A stretch of 64,000 nucleotides of DNA from Eledone cirrhosa (GCA_964016885.1 OZ024741.1:300328001-300392000), one strand, 5' to 3'. Shown: positions 26,219 to 40,679, counted from the stretch's first letter. Notes: generated from the letters alone by a model not told the origin. Made by a program: numbers and translations.

Positions 26219-26926
26219 GGTTGTATTTTATGGCAATATATATTATCTGAAAATGTATGTTGAAACAGATATTGTTGTAATTTGGGAGGGCAATGCTACC
26301 TGAAAAACTCACGGCCTGATTGTCTTCAATTCAATTGATTATTTTTATTTCCAGGTCGTTTATTTAAATAACAGGATGGTTGTTTGTTTATTGATTGTCA
26401 AAGCTTTTTCATCACACATTCTGTCACCATTTCAAACACTACTTTTACTGTTATTTTGGGTCTCTTCTTTGTTGTTTTAAACATATTATTTTAGTGAGCT
26501 TTGTACTTGGCTAGCGTTACGTCCGGGTGTGTGTGTGCTTTATTAATTATGATTTTATTTTTCTCTCTCTCTTTCTTTAATACCCCGTTGTATTTGGTTA
26601 CTTGTTTTATCTTTGTGCCTGTGCGTTTCTGGGGTTTGTGGTCTGTCTATTTGTCTTATTAGTTCTGTCTTTGTATATCATTATATTTTCCTTGTGCGCT
26701 ATATTGTGAATTCGCTACCTTTTCACTCATATTTCGACTTAGCAATGGTCGGATTTCATTTATGTTTGTCGCCTCAAGGACCTGATAGAAGTGAAACCCA
26801 ACAGTGGGTGGTTGTTTGATATCATGACCCTCCAAATGTATATAATACTATATATATATATAAATGTAAGTAAGCACAGATATACATATACATAAATATA
26901 TTATGTATACACACACACACACACAT

Positions 26927-27017
<91 letters not shown>

Positions 27018-27066
27018 CTTGTTGTAACCCAACAATTTTAAATAAAACTTTTGCATATATATATAT

Positions 27067-27120
<54 letters not shown>

Positions 27121-27123
<3 letters not shown>

Positions 27124-28260
27124 GATGAATATAAAATGAAAGTGCTTTTTGTTAAAAAAGGAATTTATTAGGTATTGACATATGTTTCTGTAACAGACCG
27201 AATACCTATGTATCGCTGCTTGCGTAATCATATAATGTTAGCAAGTATTCGATAGCAAATGTATAATCAGTTGTCACTTCTTCAGAGATTTTGGATAAAT
27301 TGGATAAAATCAGAAAAATTGATGTATTTATATTAGTAAAAGAGGAAGGAACAGAGGGGATAGTATATGACAGATGGTAAATTAATTTACTGCTAAACAA
27401 GTATATAATGGGTTTCTAATGAGAATACCATGAGTAAATCTAAATAAGAATTTTGGGAGTGCCAATTTTAATCTCTACTTGACCAACTGGACAGTGGACT
27501 ACCAGGATTGAACGCCTGTCTCTATCTCCGTTTGATTGTCAAAATAGATATTAACATTCTTTATTAGTCTTAATTCTATCAACTCTTCTATTATTTACCT
27601 TTTAATACAAACTGCTATAGATAAAATGAGATTTCTGATTTCTTGATTCAATTCCCTAATGCATATACCAGCTGGCTACTGGCATTGATGTTATTTAGTA
27701 GCAATCGAAATCTCCCCCTTCCCCAATTGACACTTTATAATTAATACTACTGCACCAAATGACCAGCCCTGTCCACTGTCCAGTTGGTCAAGTAGAGATT
27801 AAAATTGGCACTCCCAAAATTCTTATTTAGATTTACTCATGGTATTCTCATTAGAAACCCATTATATACTTGTTTAGCAGTAAATTAATTTACCATCTGT
27901 CATATACTATCCCCTCTGTTCCTTCCTCTTTTACTAATATAAATACTTCAATTTTTCTGATTTTATCCAATTTATCCAAAATCTCTGAAGAAGTGACAAC
28001 TGATTATACGTTTGGTATCGAATACTTGCTAACATTATATGATTACGCAAGCAGCGATACATAGGTATTCGGTCTGTTACAGAAACATATGTCAATACCT
28101 AATAAATTCCTGTTTTAACAAAAAGCACTTTCATTTTATATTCATCCTTTCTACATTTTCTCCGGAATATAATTTATACTCGTTGAGCAAACCTGCACGT
28201 ACGCTGTTCATCTCTAACGTAACGATATATTATCACTACATTATTGATAACCTGAAATTT
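27121..28260. mobile_element. Fold-back PLE-type element: ~380-bp inverted arms with an HHR-like core
   Basis: Arms 27121-27499 / 27771-28149; CTGAAGA at 27985..GAAACATATGTC at 28082-93, then AATAAA; (TA)n flanks. Confidence 0.75.
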
Positions 28261-28355
<95 letters not shown>

Positions 28356-29214
28356 GTACCTATGGGTTATATCGAACATTGAAAATAATCTTCGATTCGT
28401 TTGTAAATAAACAGCCCGATTTGAAGTTATGCCGTGCCGGTGACCAATCCTTACCTGTTTGTTTGACACCGGGTTTGAGGAACAATCAACCTTTTTCCGG
28501 GTCATTACACTTCATCGGGACTGTATACCTCTGCCAGTCTGTTGAACGGTTGAAAACATATTATTTCGTAAGAACTTATCGGCTGAGTAGCCTCAGTTGA
28601 ATTCCAAGCGAGTTACGGCCGGCCTTGCCGAATATGAAAAATAAAATTATTTTATTTCTCGCCCAACCACAGCTGATATATAAATGTAAGTATGCACACG
28701 TACACATATATACACATTTATATATTAATACATACACACACATATATACATATATATATATGTACGTATGGGTTATATCGAAAATAAACAATGAATTTCG
28801 ATTTGTTTTCGACTTTACATACTTTATCCTTAGAATCTGCAGTATAGATTTCACTTTACGCCTGACTGGATTTCTTCACTCCCTCTTTGTTCTACCGGCA
28901 AGTTCAGCCACCCCTACCTCCCACCAAATGCCATGATAGATTTATTTGTCTTTATAACACATTTTAACCAATCCTCTTGACAATTACTATCTTCCCATAT
29001 AAGGAAGTACCCCTTGATAAGTTTTGTTATTTATTTACCAGGCTAAAAATTCTTACTTAGTCCAGAAATAGCGGTCGAACCGGCTTGAGCTCTGCCGTCG
29101 GGGTCATACTTGTTCCTATTACCCACTCTACTACACTAAGTATTGAGTACTTTGGTGCGTTATGCTCCATCTGGTTCCTTACCACAATTCCTTCGTTATA
29201 TATATATATATATG

Positions 29215-30942
29215 TTAAAACAATGAAATAAAAAATCAAGTCATTAGAAATATACTTCACTGCTTTACGATCGTTTCTAGGTGATGATAATACATCGTAA
29301 CTATACGTTGTTATCGATCTATGTAAGGTTAGTTACAAAATATCAAATAAGGAGAATATTTACTTACATGCATTTCACCAGCTGTTGTCAAAAGCAATAA
29401 TAATTTTATTCAAAATTAGTAGTAAATTAGTATTATGTTTAGTTCTATGACCTTATTTGGAGGTAGTTGAAGAACTAACCAATCAGATTGTTTTTTTTTT
29501 TCCATATGATGTTAAGATGAAATATAATTCACTTTAGTTGAGGTCATGAGCTTTTGAAAGACATCGTTGGACAATTTCTCCTCTATAATATTCATTCCTA
29601 GCAAAAACTACAAACACCAAACAATACCATTGAAACAAATACCTAATGAGGTTATTCCTATTACACCAAACAACCGAAAAACCACACCAACTATTACTAC
29701 ACGATCTATGACCAATGTTATCAACTCACATATGAATACCAAGCATTCAAAATCTCATAATCTACCCAATAATAACACCAAATACAACCACGGTAGTTTA
29801 CCAAATTCCACAAATACGGATACTAACCATAGGAATTCTTCTAGAACACAGCACATTAATAAAAGTGGTAATAAGAACTTATCTAAAAACCGCAAAACAA
29901 ACACAACAAGGTACAACGCACCCTTCAACCTGCAAACTATTGGACAAATCCCCAAAAAATTCTTTGAAATTCTACATAAACATTTTCCACCAAACCACGG
30001 ATACCACCAAATATTTAACAGATATACTGTTAAATTCTCATATTCTACATCAAACAATCTCCAGCAAAAAATAAGCAACTACAACATTTATAAATTTTAA
30101 AATAATATGACCACACCACCACAACATAATTTAAATAGGACTGCACCTTTTAAAAGGACAAATAATACAATCCTTCAACCTGTAAAACACAACCACCCAA
30201 ATCACCAACACAAAAACAACATAACACAAAATCACAATACAACACTAGCACTAAACCACACACAAAGCAACCTTCATTCTCCCGCTAACATTAATTACAA
30301 TAGGAATAGCTCAAGAATTAATGAGAATGGTATGGGTACCCCCAACAGCCATCACACGTATGGTTGTAATTGCAGAAATAGAAGCATTTGCCCCTTAAAT
30401 GGCAACTGTTTCATTAACAATGTAATATATAAATGCCCTGTATCTACTACTGACTCCAACAAAACATATATAGGATCTACATCAAACACATTTAAGAAAT
30501 ATTACGCACAGTCTAGTAGTTTTAACAATACTAAACTAGCTAACACCACATTTTAGCTGAAGCAGTAAATAACTATAAAAAGAAAAAAGTAGATTTCAAG
30601 CTATCGTGGAACACCATTCTACAAAGAACTCCATATCTTGGGAACAGGAGAGAATGCAGGTTATGTTCAGGGGAGATCTTGGAAATCACTAAATCTAAGG
30701 ACGACTTATTGAATAAAAGACAGGAACTGATTATAGTTTGTAATCACCTTATACGAAAAACATTTAAATACTATAAACCTAATTAAATATTCTAAATATC
30801 AGCTCACTATAATTCTATGTAACGTAACATTTGTTAGTATCCCTTTCCCCTAATTATACGCATTCATATTTTTTTAGTTTCTTTAGATTTATGCGTTAAT
30901 GTCTAAGGGCAACAAGGTACACAACCACCCTTAATTGCATGA

Positions 30943-31025
<83 letters not shown>

Positions 31026-32035
31026 CGTGTGTGTGTATGTTTGTATATGCGAGTATATGTGTATGAGTGTTTATATGTGTGTGTGTACATTTATGTATGT
31101 GTACTTACATATATGTATGTGTGTATAGGAGTGTATATGTAAAAATATATATATAAATATATGTATGTATGATTGTGTGCACATGTGTAGATGTATGTAT
31201 ATGTTTGCATCTATTTATGTGTATGTATATTTTTAGTTGAGTATCAATATAACTATACCTCTATCTATATTGTGTGTATATGCACTTTGTGATCTATGAA
31301 ATTTATGCGTTTTGACTATGTCAACATGTATTTATCTGAGTTTGATTATTTATACATAGACATATTTGAAAGTATTTTAAGGCGTATCATACGCTGTATT
31401 ATATTAAGTACAATTTACCACACCGTACTATATTGTGTTACATTATATTATATTATTGCATTACTGTATTTCATTAACTTATTATAATTTTCATCGTTCA
31501 ATATACTATCTTTCCTAGTCATGACCTTAATTTATATTCACCTAAAACTCCATACAACACAACTCAACATTTAACTTTTACATTCCTTTTAAACTTCACT
31601 ATACCATATACATTCAACTATCAATTTGACAATCCCTTTCTTCCTAATAGAACTTTTATAGCATTTCTATTATTAACACCATTGAAACATTCCTTTCAAA
31701 TGGTCGTGACCTCAACTAAAGTGAATTATTTTTTCATATTAACAGCATGTAGAAAAAAACAATCTGATTGGTTAGTTCTTCAACTACTTCCAAATAATGT
31801 CATATAATTAAACATAATACTAATTTACTACTAATTTTGAATAAAATTATTATTGCTTTTGACAACAGCTGGTGATATGGATTTAAGCAAATATTCTCCT
31901 TAATTTGATATGTTGTAACTAACCTTACATATATCGATAACGGGATTTATTTTAACCTACAACATTTTCAACATACGGATTACATTGAGTTCTTCATGCA
32001 GTCTGGACCCCAAAACTTACCGTGGATATCTCTGT
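29215..32035 (+). mobile_element. 5'-truncated Penelope-like element (GIY-YIG) with inverted pLTR
   Basis: ORF pieces 29567-30786 (HKHFPPNH, CNCRNRSICPLNGNC..VIYKC..YIGST, CRLC); 29310-29552 is the inverted copy of 31706-31940; same family as 59520-61740. Confidence 0.85.
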
Positions 32036-32057
32036 ATATATATATATATTTATATAT

Positions 32058-32146
<89 letters not shown>

Positions 32147-32769
32147 CATACGTAAATATCTTTAAGTCTTTTGGAAGCCTCGACAATGCAAATGGGTAAA
32201 TCTCCGGGTAACAAGGTTCGGTGGTGGAGATAGAGATGTAAGTGGGTGTACGTTGAGATGCGTGGTGCGTATAAGATCTGTGAGATGTGTAGAATGAAGG
32301 GAAGAGTATAAAGGATAAAATTAAAATAACAACACAAGAGAGAGTTACCTTGGGAGAGATTTAATAGTACATACATATGTACACACAAAAGAAAAGAAAA
32401 GGGACAATTAACATGCGCACGCCCATCCACACATATAATACAAATACCCGCGCATATGCCGATATACATACATCTACACATGCATACGCATAAGTGTTTC
32501 CACATGCATACACCTGCACGCATGCACATCTGTCCACACACACAAAAGTGCTACCACATATACATATATAAAAACACACCTGTAAGTAAACAGTTAAAAA
32601 TACAGTATGAAATAGAAACAGTATAATGACGGTAAAATTATCGTAACATAAAAATATACAATGTAATATAATATACAATATGATATATGTATATATATTA
32701 GAAAGTGAGGTTTTTTTTACAAAATGAAAAATAACCGAGGTGTCATAGACGAGTGAAAGTATAAAGAAA

Positions 32770-33667
32770 AAAAGATGAAATCGAAAATGCAACTGGAATT
32801 CTTATTTTCAAAAAAAATATATATATTTATTTGGTTCCTTTACCGGTTTCGCAGTTCTTCTGCTTTTCAAAAGTAAAGTTGAGATGGAGGGTCTGTGGCT
32901 TTTCTCACATCTGGTTGGTCTCTGAATGTTACTTGTTTTATATGGAAAAAGTGGCTCGAAATGCCAGGTTTTTCGAGAAGTAATTTGATTGGTTGGTCAA
33001 TAATTATAATAAATTTCGCGCCAGTTCGCGTTACAAAGTTCTTCAAACAAGGGGAGGAGGAGGAGGGTCACAGGTTGTTTTTTCATATATGAGTGTTTGA
33101 ATTTCTTTTTACTTGAAAAAAGGGGCTCACGAAGGCTTTATTTTAATAAGCGTAATTTGATTGGTTATAAATGAAATTATGGCGGTCACGTGAAGAAGTT
33201 TTCATAAAATTTTCGCTCCCTTATTTGGAAATCCTTTTTAGAGAATTTTATAAGTAAAAGATAATGGTCAAGAGAAATGGGATGGGAGAATTGTTCTGTT
33301 CACGTGACAGCCATAATTTCATTTATAACCAATCAAATTACGCTTATTAAAATAAAGCCTTCGTGAGCCCCTTTTTTCAAGTAAAAAGAAATTCAAACAC
33401 TCATATATGAAAAAACAACCTGTTACCCTCCTCCCCCTCCCCTTGTTTGAAGAACTTTGTAACGCGAACTGGCGCGAAATTTATTATAATTATTGACCAA
33501 CCAATCAAATTACTTCTCGAAAAACCAGATGTGAGAAAAACCACAGACACTCCATCTCAACTCTACTTTTGAAAAGCAGAAGAACTGCGAAACCGGTAAA
33601 GGAACCAAATAAATATATATATATATTTTTTAAATAAGACTCCAGTTGCATTTTCGATTTCATCTTT
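32770..33667. repeat. Inverted-repeat mini-element with HHR-like motifs
   Basis: Arms ~32770-33195 / 33299-33667; motif TTGAAAA-gcag/ctgc-GAAA-ccgg-TA in each arm. Confidence 0.85.
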
Positions 33668-34110
33668 TTATATATATATATATATATCCCCCTATTATAC
33701 ATATATAAACACACATATATACACACACATATATATATATACACCCACACATACACACACACACGTACACGGACTCATACATATATATACAGATATATAC
33801 GGATATATATAAAGAGTATATGTGATAAAATAATACAACAAGAATAATAGTAACAATAATAAAAAAATCATATATATTCCCTATATAATCATCCGCAGAC
33901 ATTCCTATGAGATGCACATAAACACATACTTGTATGCACAAATACATATACACACATATATAGGCCGGCAAATGCATGCACCTGCACCCACATACACATC
34001 CACATATATACACATACACACATATATATATATACGCACACTTACCCACCCGCACACACACAGACCTACTCATACGTGGCTATACGTACACACTCACACA
34101 TATATATATA

Positions 34111-34161
<51 letters not shown>

Positions 34162-35837
34162 GCTCATACATAGACATACATAGACATATATACACACACA
34201 CACACATACACCCACATTCCGCCATATATGTATATATATGCACACGTCTGCACCTACAGGCGCGTATAAGCTTGTGCACACACGCACCCATGCCCACACA
34301 CACTCCCCGACACCCACCGACGTGTATATATATACATACGCATCTACTCACACACACACGCACATATCACACACACATGTCCTCACATATAAACACGTGA
34401 ACATAAACACAATATGATAATAAAATAAAATACATAAATAAATTTACAATATTTTAGGGTACATTAAAATCTGTATGTAACTGCATAAATAGGTACAAGA
34501 AAAGAAGGGGCAAAATAAAGGAACGGGTATAATAAAAAAAAGTTAAGAAAAAAAAACGGGGGGGGGGTACAGGAGAAGGTGCGTGCGTCCATACGATATA
34601 CTACACAGGTATTATGAGATGCAAACTTGTGTCCGTGTATAGAACAGGTAACAGTAACAGAACAATGATATAACAATATTAACACTTACTGTTCCAAGGT
34701 GGAACAGGTGTAGAGTATATAGTCACGATTGACGGTGTACACATTCAATGTGACGCCCGCCACGGTCGCCATGGGGTATGGCACCGTGGCTGGGTTGTGC
34801 TGTTCTAAACGTTTAGTGCAAAGGTCTGGGCGCACCCGGTTTACCTATGATTGGCCCACCGGTCATACATCGTCATCATGGCATGTCGTCAGGTCCCCTA
34901 ATCCCGCTAGTCCAATCGGGTCTGTGCGTTCTCATTCTCATTCCCCCTGCCTGCGTCACCCGGCGGGTTCCATGCTGCACCTTCTCTGGTGTCTACATGT
35001 CATGATAATTTCATCTTCAGGTTGACGGCGTCATCATTCAGTTTGACTATCTCCATGGCCTCGTGTAGGCACAATCGGCACTTTCTACTTCCAGCCGAAT
35101 ATGCACTCGCGTATCGAACGATACTCCATTCGGGGACGCATGGAGTGCCGTGGTCTTTCATGTCCCACACGAGGTCCGCTAACCTAGTGGAGTGCCTTTT
35201 GCTACGGTCCCTGAAGGAATTCGTGTGATTATACATCCGCGATTTAAAGGTCGTGGATGTTGCGCCTATGTAGGTTTGATGCGCATTCTGGGTCGTAACC
35301 ACACACTTGTATACTAAGTCCTTCATTAAGCATTTCCCCTGTAGGTGGCACTGGGTGCACGCTCTACAGTTGCAAGTTCTGCTGTCATTTCTAGTGCGTC
35401 CGATGTCCGGGCCCCGATCTGTAATGCCCCTCTCAGGGTTCTCATTGTGTAGCATCACCGACACATTTGTCCCCCGACACATTTATTTTGCCCCTTCTTT
35501 TCTTGTACCTATTTATGCAGTTACATACAGATTTTAATGTACCCTAAAATATTGTAAATTTATTTATGTATTTTATTTTATTATCATATTGTGTTTATGT
35601 TCACGTGTTTATATGTGTGGACATGTGTGTGCGATATGTGCGTGTGTGTGTGAGTAGATGCGTATGTATGTATATACAGATACGTGGGTGGGTGTCGGGG
35701 TGTGTGTGTGGGCATGGGTGCGTGTGTGCACGAGCTTATACGCGCCAGTAGGTGCACACTTGTGCATATATATACATATGTGGCGAAATGTGGGTGTATG
35801 TGTGTGTGGGTGTGTGTATATGTGTCTATGAATGGGC

Positions 35838-35884
<47 letters not shown>

Positions 35885-36292
35885 TATATGTGTATGTGTG
35901 AGTGTGTACGTATAGCAACGTATGAGTAGGTCTGTGTGCGTGCGGGTGGGTAAGTGTGCGTATATATATATATGTGTGTGTGTGTGTATGTGTATATATG
36001 TGGATGTGCATGTGGGTGCAGGTGCATGCATTTGCGGGCCTATATATGTGTGTATATGTATTTGTGCATACAAGTATGTGTTTATGTGCATCCCATATGA
36101 ATGTCTGCGGATGATTATATAGGGACTATATATGATTTTTTTTATTATTACTATTATTCTTGTATTATTTTATCACATATACTCTATATATATCCGTATA
36201 TATCCGTATATTTATGTATGAGTCTCTGTACGTGTGTGTGGGTGTGTATATATATATATGTGTGTATATATGTGGGTGTATATATGTATAAT

Positions 36293-36353
<61 letters not shown>

Positions 36354-36357
<4 letters not shown>

Positions 36358-36745
36358 TAAACGGAATAGACAATGCTGACAAATTGTTCACAGTTGAAAA
36401 ATGGTTTAATTAGGAATAAAAGAGTATTAGTGATTGTATGGGTTAGTATTCAGTTGTGGTTTTAAGTTTTTAAGTTTTTACCGGTTGCGCATTTCTAAAT
36501 GCTTTTCAAAAATAATTTTGAGATAGAGTGTCCGTGCTGTCTGCTCTGATCAGAGCAAACAGCACGGACACTCTATCTCAAAATTATTTTTGAAAAGCAT
36601 TTAGAAATGCGCAACCGGTAAAAACTTAAAAACTTAAAACCACAACTGAATACTAACCCATACAATCATTAATACTCTTTTATTCCTAATTAAACCATTT
36701 TTCAACTGTGAACAATTTGTCAGCATTTTCTATTCCGTTTACCAA
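36354..36745. repeat. Near-perfect 392-bp palindrome with no spacer
   Basis: Centre TGA|TCA at 36549/50; same family as 53419-53801. Confidence 0.92.
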
Positions 36746-37266
36746 CATATAATAACTTGTGTGTTACACCTCTATTCTTTTAACTATATATATATATATA
36801 TATGTGTGTGTCATATTGTTTATTATATTACATTGTATATTCTTTTATGTTACGATAATTTTACCGTCATTACACTGTTTCTATTGCATAATGTATTTTT
36901 AACTGTTTACTTACAGCTGTGCTTCTATATGTATATGTGGTAGCACTTTTGTGTGTGTAGGCAGATGTGCATGCGTGCAGGTGTATGCATGTGGAAACAT
37001 GTATGCGTATGCATGTGTAGATGTATGTATATCGGCATATGCGTGGGTATTTGTATGTATATGTGTGGATGGGCGTACGCATGTTAAGTTGTCCCTTTTC
37101 TTTTCTTTGTGTGTATATATGTATGTCTATATATATATGTGTGTGTGTGTGTATTTACGTGTGTAGGTAATGTTTATCTACGTATGTTTATTCGTATATA
37201 TGTGTGGACATGTGTGAGTATAAATTTACGTATATACGTGTGTGTATGTATGTATGTGTGTATATA

Positions 37267-37516
37267 TCATTATCTATAAAATGCTAATTGTTGTTGTTGT
37301 GTGTGTGTGTGCATGTTCCATGTTTATACATTTGCAGAATTTCAAACCGATTCGACTCAACGTCTGTAAGAATATTGTAAATCATCTAATTATATGTCAA
37401 CGACTCTTTATTTCATTCATACTCCCCCACAATTACGGACATAATCCATAAAACTAAATACATGACGGTTTAACCCTCTAATATAATCATATTTTCTCTC
37501 TCTACTCCCCTTAAAC

Positions 37517-37564
<48 letters not shown>

Positions 37565-38177
37565 AGAGGGAGAGAGAGAGACCGTTTGTTTTTGAGTGTT
37601 GAACAATCATACATTTATTTACTTCAATGACAAAGAGAACTTATTACATTTCATACGAAACAACAATTAGTCAAAAGCAACAGATAAATTTATTCAACAA
37701 CAACAAAAATAGCGATAAATCTTTTTTTAAAACATCTGTCAACGAACGTGGAAGAAAGAAGTATCAGTTCATTTACTATACACAATAATATTCTCTATGA
37801 GGTCACTAAACCTGCTAGAAACAGCAGCTACCTCTCCGCCATATCACACCTCTCCCTACTGTCTTAAATTTAGAAAACACACACTAGACTACCACGCAGA
37901 ACAACTCCATCGCAGCTCTGTTGTTCGGCTGGCATCGTCTACGCGCGTGTTGCGCAAGTACTGTGAAACAATAAATTTCAACACTTCTTTGGAAAGAGAT
38001 AATATCCATAGGTGAAACTACAATTGTCACTGCTGGCGCAGCTCCTGCTTCGGCAGTCCAGGTCTGCAATTCATTCACCCAGTGCCTGGCATACAAAAAA
38101 AGTGCTGCCATAAAATGGGTGGTGCAACCTAACTTTGGTAACTTACTGACCCCGAGCAACGCCGGGCTTTAATGCTA

Positions 38178-38178
<1 letters not shown>
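37267..38178 (+). mobile_element. Non-autonomous Helitron
   Basis: 5' TCATTATCTATAAAA (same as 21003); 3' cccgagcaacgccggg + CTAG at 38175-78; A|T site. Confidence 0.85.
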
Positions 38179-38249
<71 letters not shown>

Positions 38250-40679
38250 GTATATACAAGTGTGTATATATGTATGTATAGGTATGTATCTGTGTATGTA
38301 TATATATGTGTGTATGAGTGTGTATATATATATATAGATATATAGATATATAGATATATAGATATAGATATATTTAAATGTATAGAAGGTTGCGCGAATG
38401 TGTATGTGCACCCGTATGTATGTATATATGTGTACGTTTGAGTAGGATATGCTGTTCCTAAGTGATACAGAGCACGACGTAAACAACCGTCAGAAGTCTT
38501 GTGCCGATATGTATCAACAAGTGGGTGTGACTGGGTCCGTGGAAGTGAGGGAAAGAGGGTATGTGAGTATATATACAGCGATGTATGTATGTGGGGGGGG
38601 TGTATGCGCATGTAGGCGTACGAGTGTGTATGCGTAGATAGGTATGTGTCTTCATGTGTGTGTGTTTTTATGTGTGTATTCTAGTACGAGTGGGTGCTTA
38701 TTCTGAAGTGTGAGCAGACGTGGAAAGTACTGAACCCAGCATGACTCCATTGAAATGTGTCGGACGGAAATTGGTTGATGAACCGTCTGGCAGCAGATAC
38801 TGACCAGAACTTGTGATGACGTGGAGTAAAAACAGCCAATGGCATGACAAGAGTGGAATTAGGGTTTTTTGAGGGTTTTGTTTTGATGATAACACCCCAG
38901 TGATAAAATTTGCTCCGGACGTAACACCCGTGTCTGAAAGAACCCGCAGAAGTAGAATCAGCCAGATCCATACAAGGACCATGTCTCGAACTACATGCCG
39001 GCGAAAGATTTGTAACACGAATTAAACTAAGTCCAGATGCATCACTGATTTTTCGTTTCCTTTATAATATATACACTCTACTCTGAGGAATATCGAGTGA
39101 TAAATTTGGCATACCGCCTATGGAAGTACCATAGCTACCACTATACCCAACTATATATATATATATATATGTGTGTGTGGGGGGGTCTAGGGTGTAATAT
39201 ATATATATGTATATGTGTACGTGTGCATACTTACATTTATATATATATATTGTGTTAACCATTTGGAGGGTCATGAGGCTAATCAAACACACACAATGTT
39301 GGGTTTCAATTCTATCATATATATATATATATATGTATAGAGAGAGAGAGAGAGAGAAAGAGAGTGTGTAGATGTAACGAAAGAAGAATAGAATGGGTGC
39401 ATGCCGTTAAGTGTATGACTTACAATGTCTACACAGTACTTCATATTTATTTTCGTGAGGAAGAGTGAACTATTGTCAAAATAAATAGTGCACGTTAAGC
39501 ATTGATCTCTTCAAATGGAAGAAATATATTTAATAATCTTGTTAAACCAAAGACAAGTATATTAAGACATTTATTACCGTCCATTTAAACATTGCTCTCT
39601 GCATTGAACACCTCACCACTTTATTCCTATTTAAACGCTACTTGAAACCGTCATATAAATTCTATTACTGTTCTCGTTTCAATTATTCTGGATTACAGTA
39701 TATTACATCAATTAAAAGGCATATTGAAATATCTTGATCACATTTCCTGCGTTTTCCGTATCTTTAACCTTCATAGAAATGTCGATATTATTTATATGAA
39801 ATACTTTTAGCAGTTAAAGAAGGAAACGCACATGTTTTCTATTCCACTAGAATTATAGTCAAACCGTATTTAACAAGCAATATATCATCAATTTAATGTA
39901 TGGATATTTAAAATAAGGCAATTCAGCCTACTTGTAAACATATGCATCGAACATTTACTATATACAAAATGAATATATGATATATAAGCTTTTTCTAAAT
40001 CATTTGAGAAAATACTTTGCATGAAAATGCATTTACATTTGTAACACAACTAAGTGATTACATTTTGGTTCGTAATATGGAAGTCGAAATTACTTATCAG
40101 GAATTCGTTTTATATATAAACCTGCGACAAGCTGATATGGCGTGCTTTTGATATAATGATAAAATAAATATGGCTGTTTAAAAAACAATCTGAACGTTAT
40201 ATTCTATTAAACTTGGTAATCTAAAAGTGTCGGACACAAAAATTATACATATATATATTCCTATTCTTTATACCTTTTTTCCTTCCATAAGATTATTTTA
40301 GCAAATTGTCTAAGCTATAATTTATTGGAAAGCAAATGGTGGTCCACTCGCTGACCGCTCTGTGGCCTCGGCAGACAGAATAGAGAAGGCGTTTCCGCGG
40401 ACGATGGTGAAGGAGACGCGTTAGAAAAGTCATTCCCACTTGCTAGGCTCACACAGACACGTGTCAACCTCACCAGCCACCGCGGCCGCGCATAGGCTCC
40501 TGTTTGCTTATAATAGTGGAAGATGGTAAGGGCGAGAGAGACAGCAGCAGTGACAGCACATACATACATACTCATTCACCGATAGTTTCTAGGAAAGGAG
40601 TGTTGTTACTGATATATTCTGCGTTTGGAACTCTTACATTTTCTGAAGGATCACAAATTACTCAACGCTTCAATAGTTG

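Larger units (their letters stand above)
32150..37130 (-). mobile_element. Fold-back Penelope-like element (GIY-YIG fragment between long inverted arms) with nested insertions
   Basis: ORF 35000-35482 CNCRACTQCHLQGKC..LVYKC..YIGAT..CRLC; arms 33680-34519/35482-36300 and 32375-32690/36810-37125. Confidence 0.8.

Noticed and set aside
26778-26815. CTGATAG..GAAA (family also at ~39255-39318)
   Set aside because: No stem II and a non-canonical core
34990-35482. Selenocysteine-encoding (Naiad-type) PLE
   Set aside because: The conserved Cys positions use Cys codons; the terminal TGA is explained by a frameshift
38700-38736. CTGAAGT..GAAAGTACTG
   Set aside because: A9 and the cleavage triplet are wrong and the stems are weak
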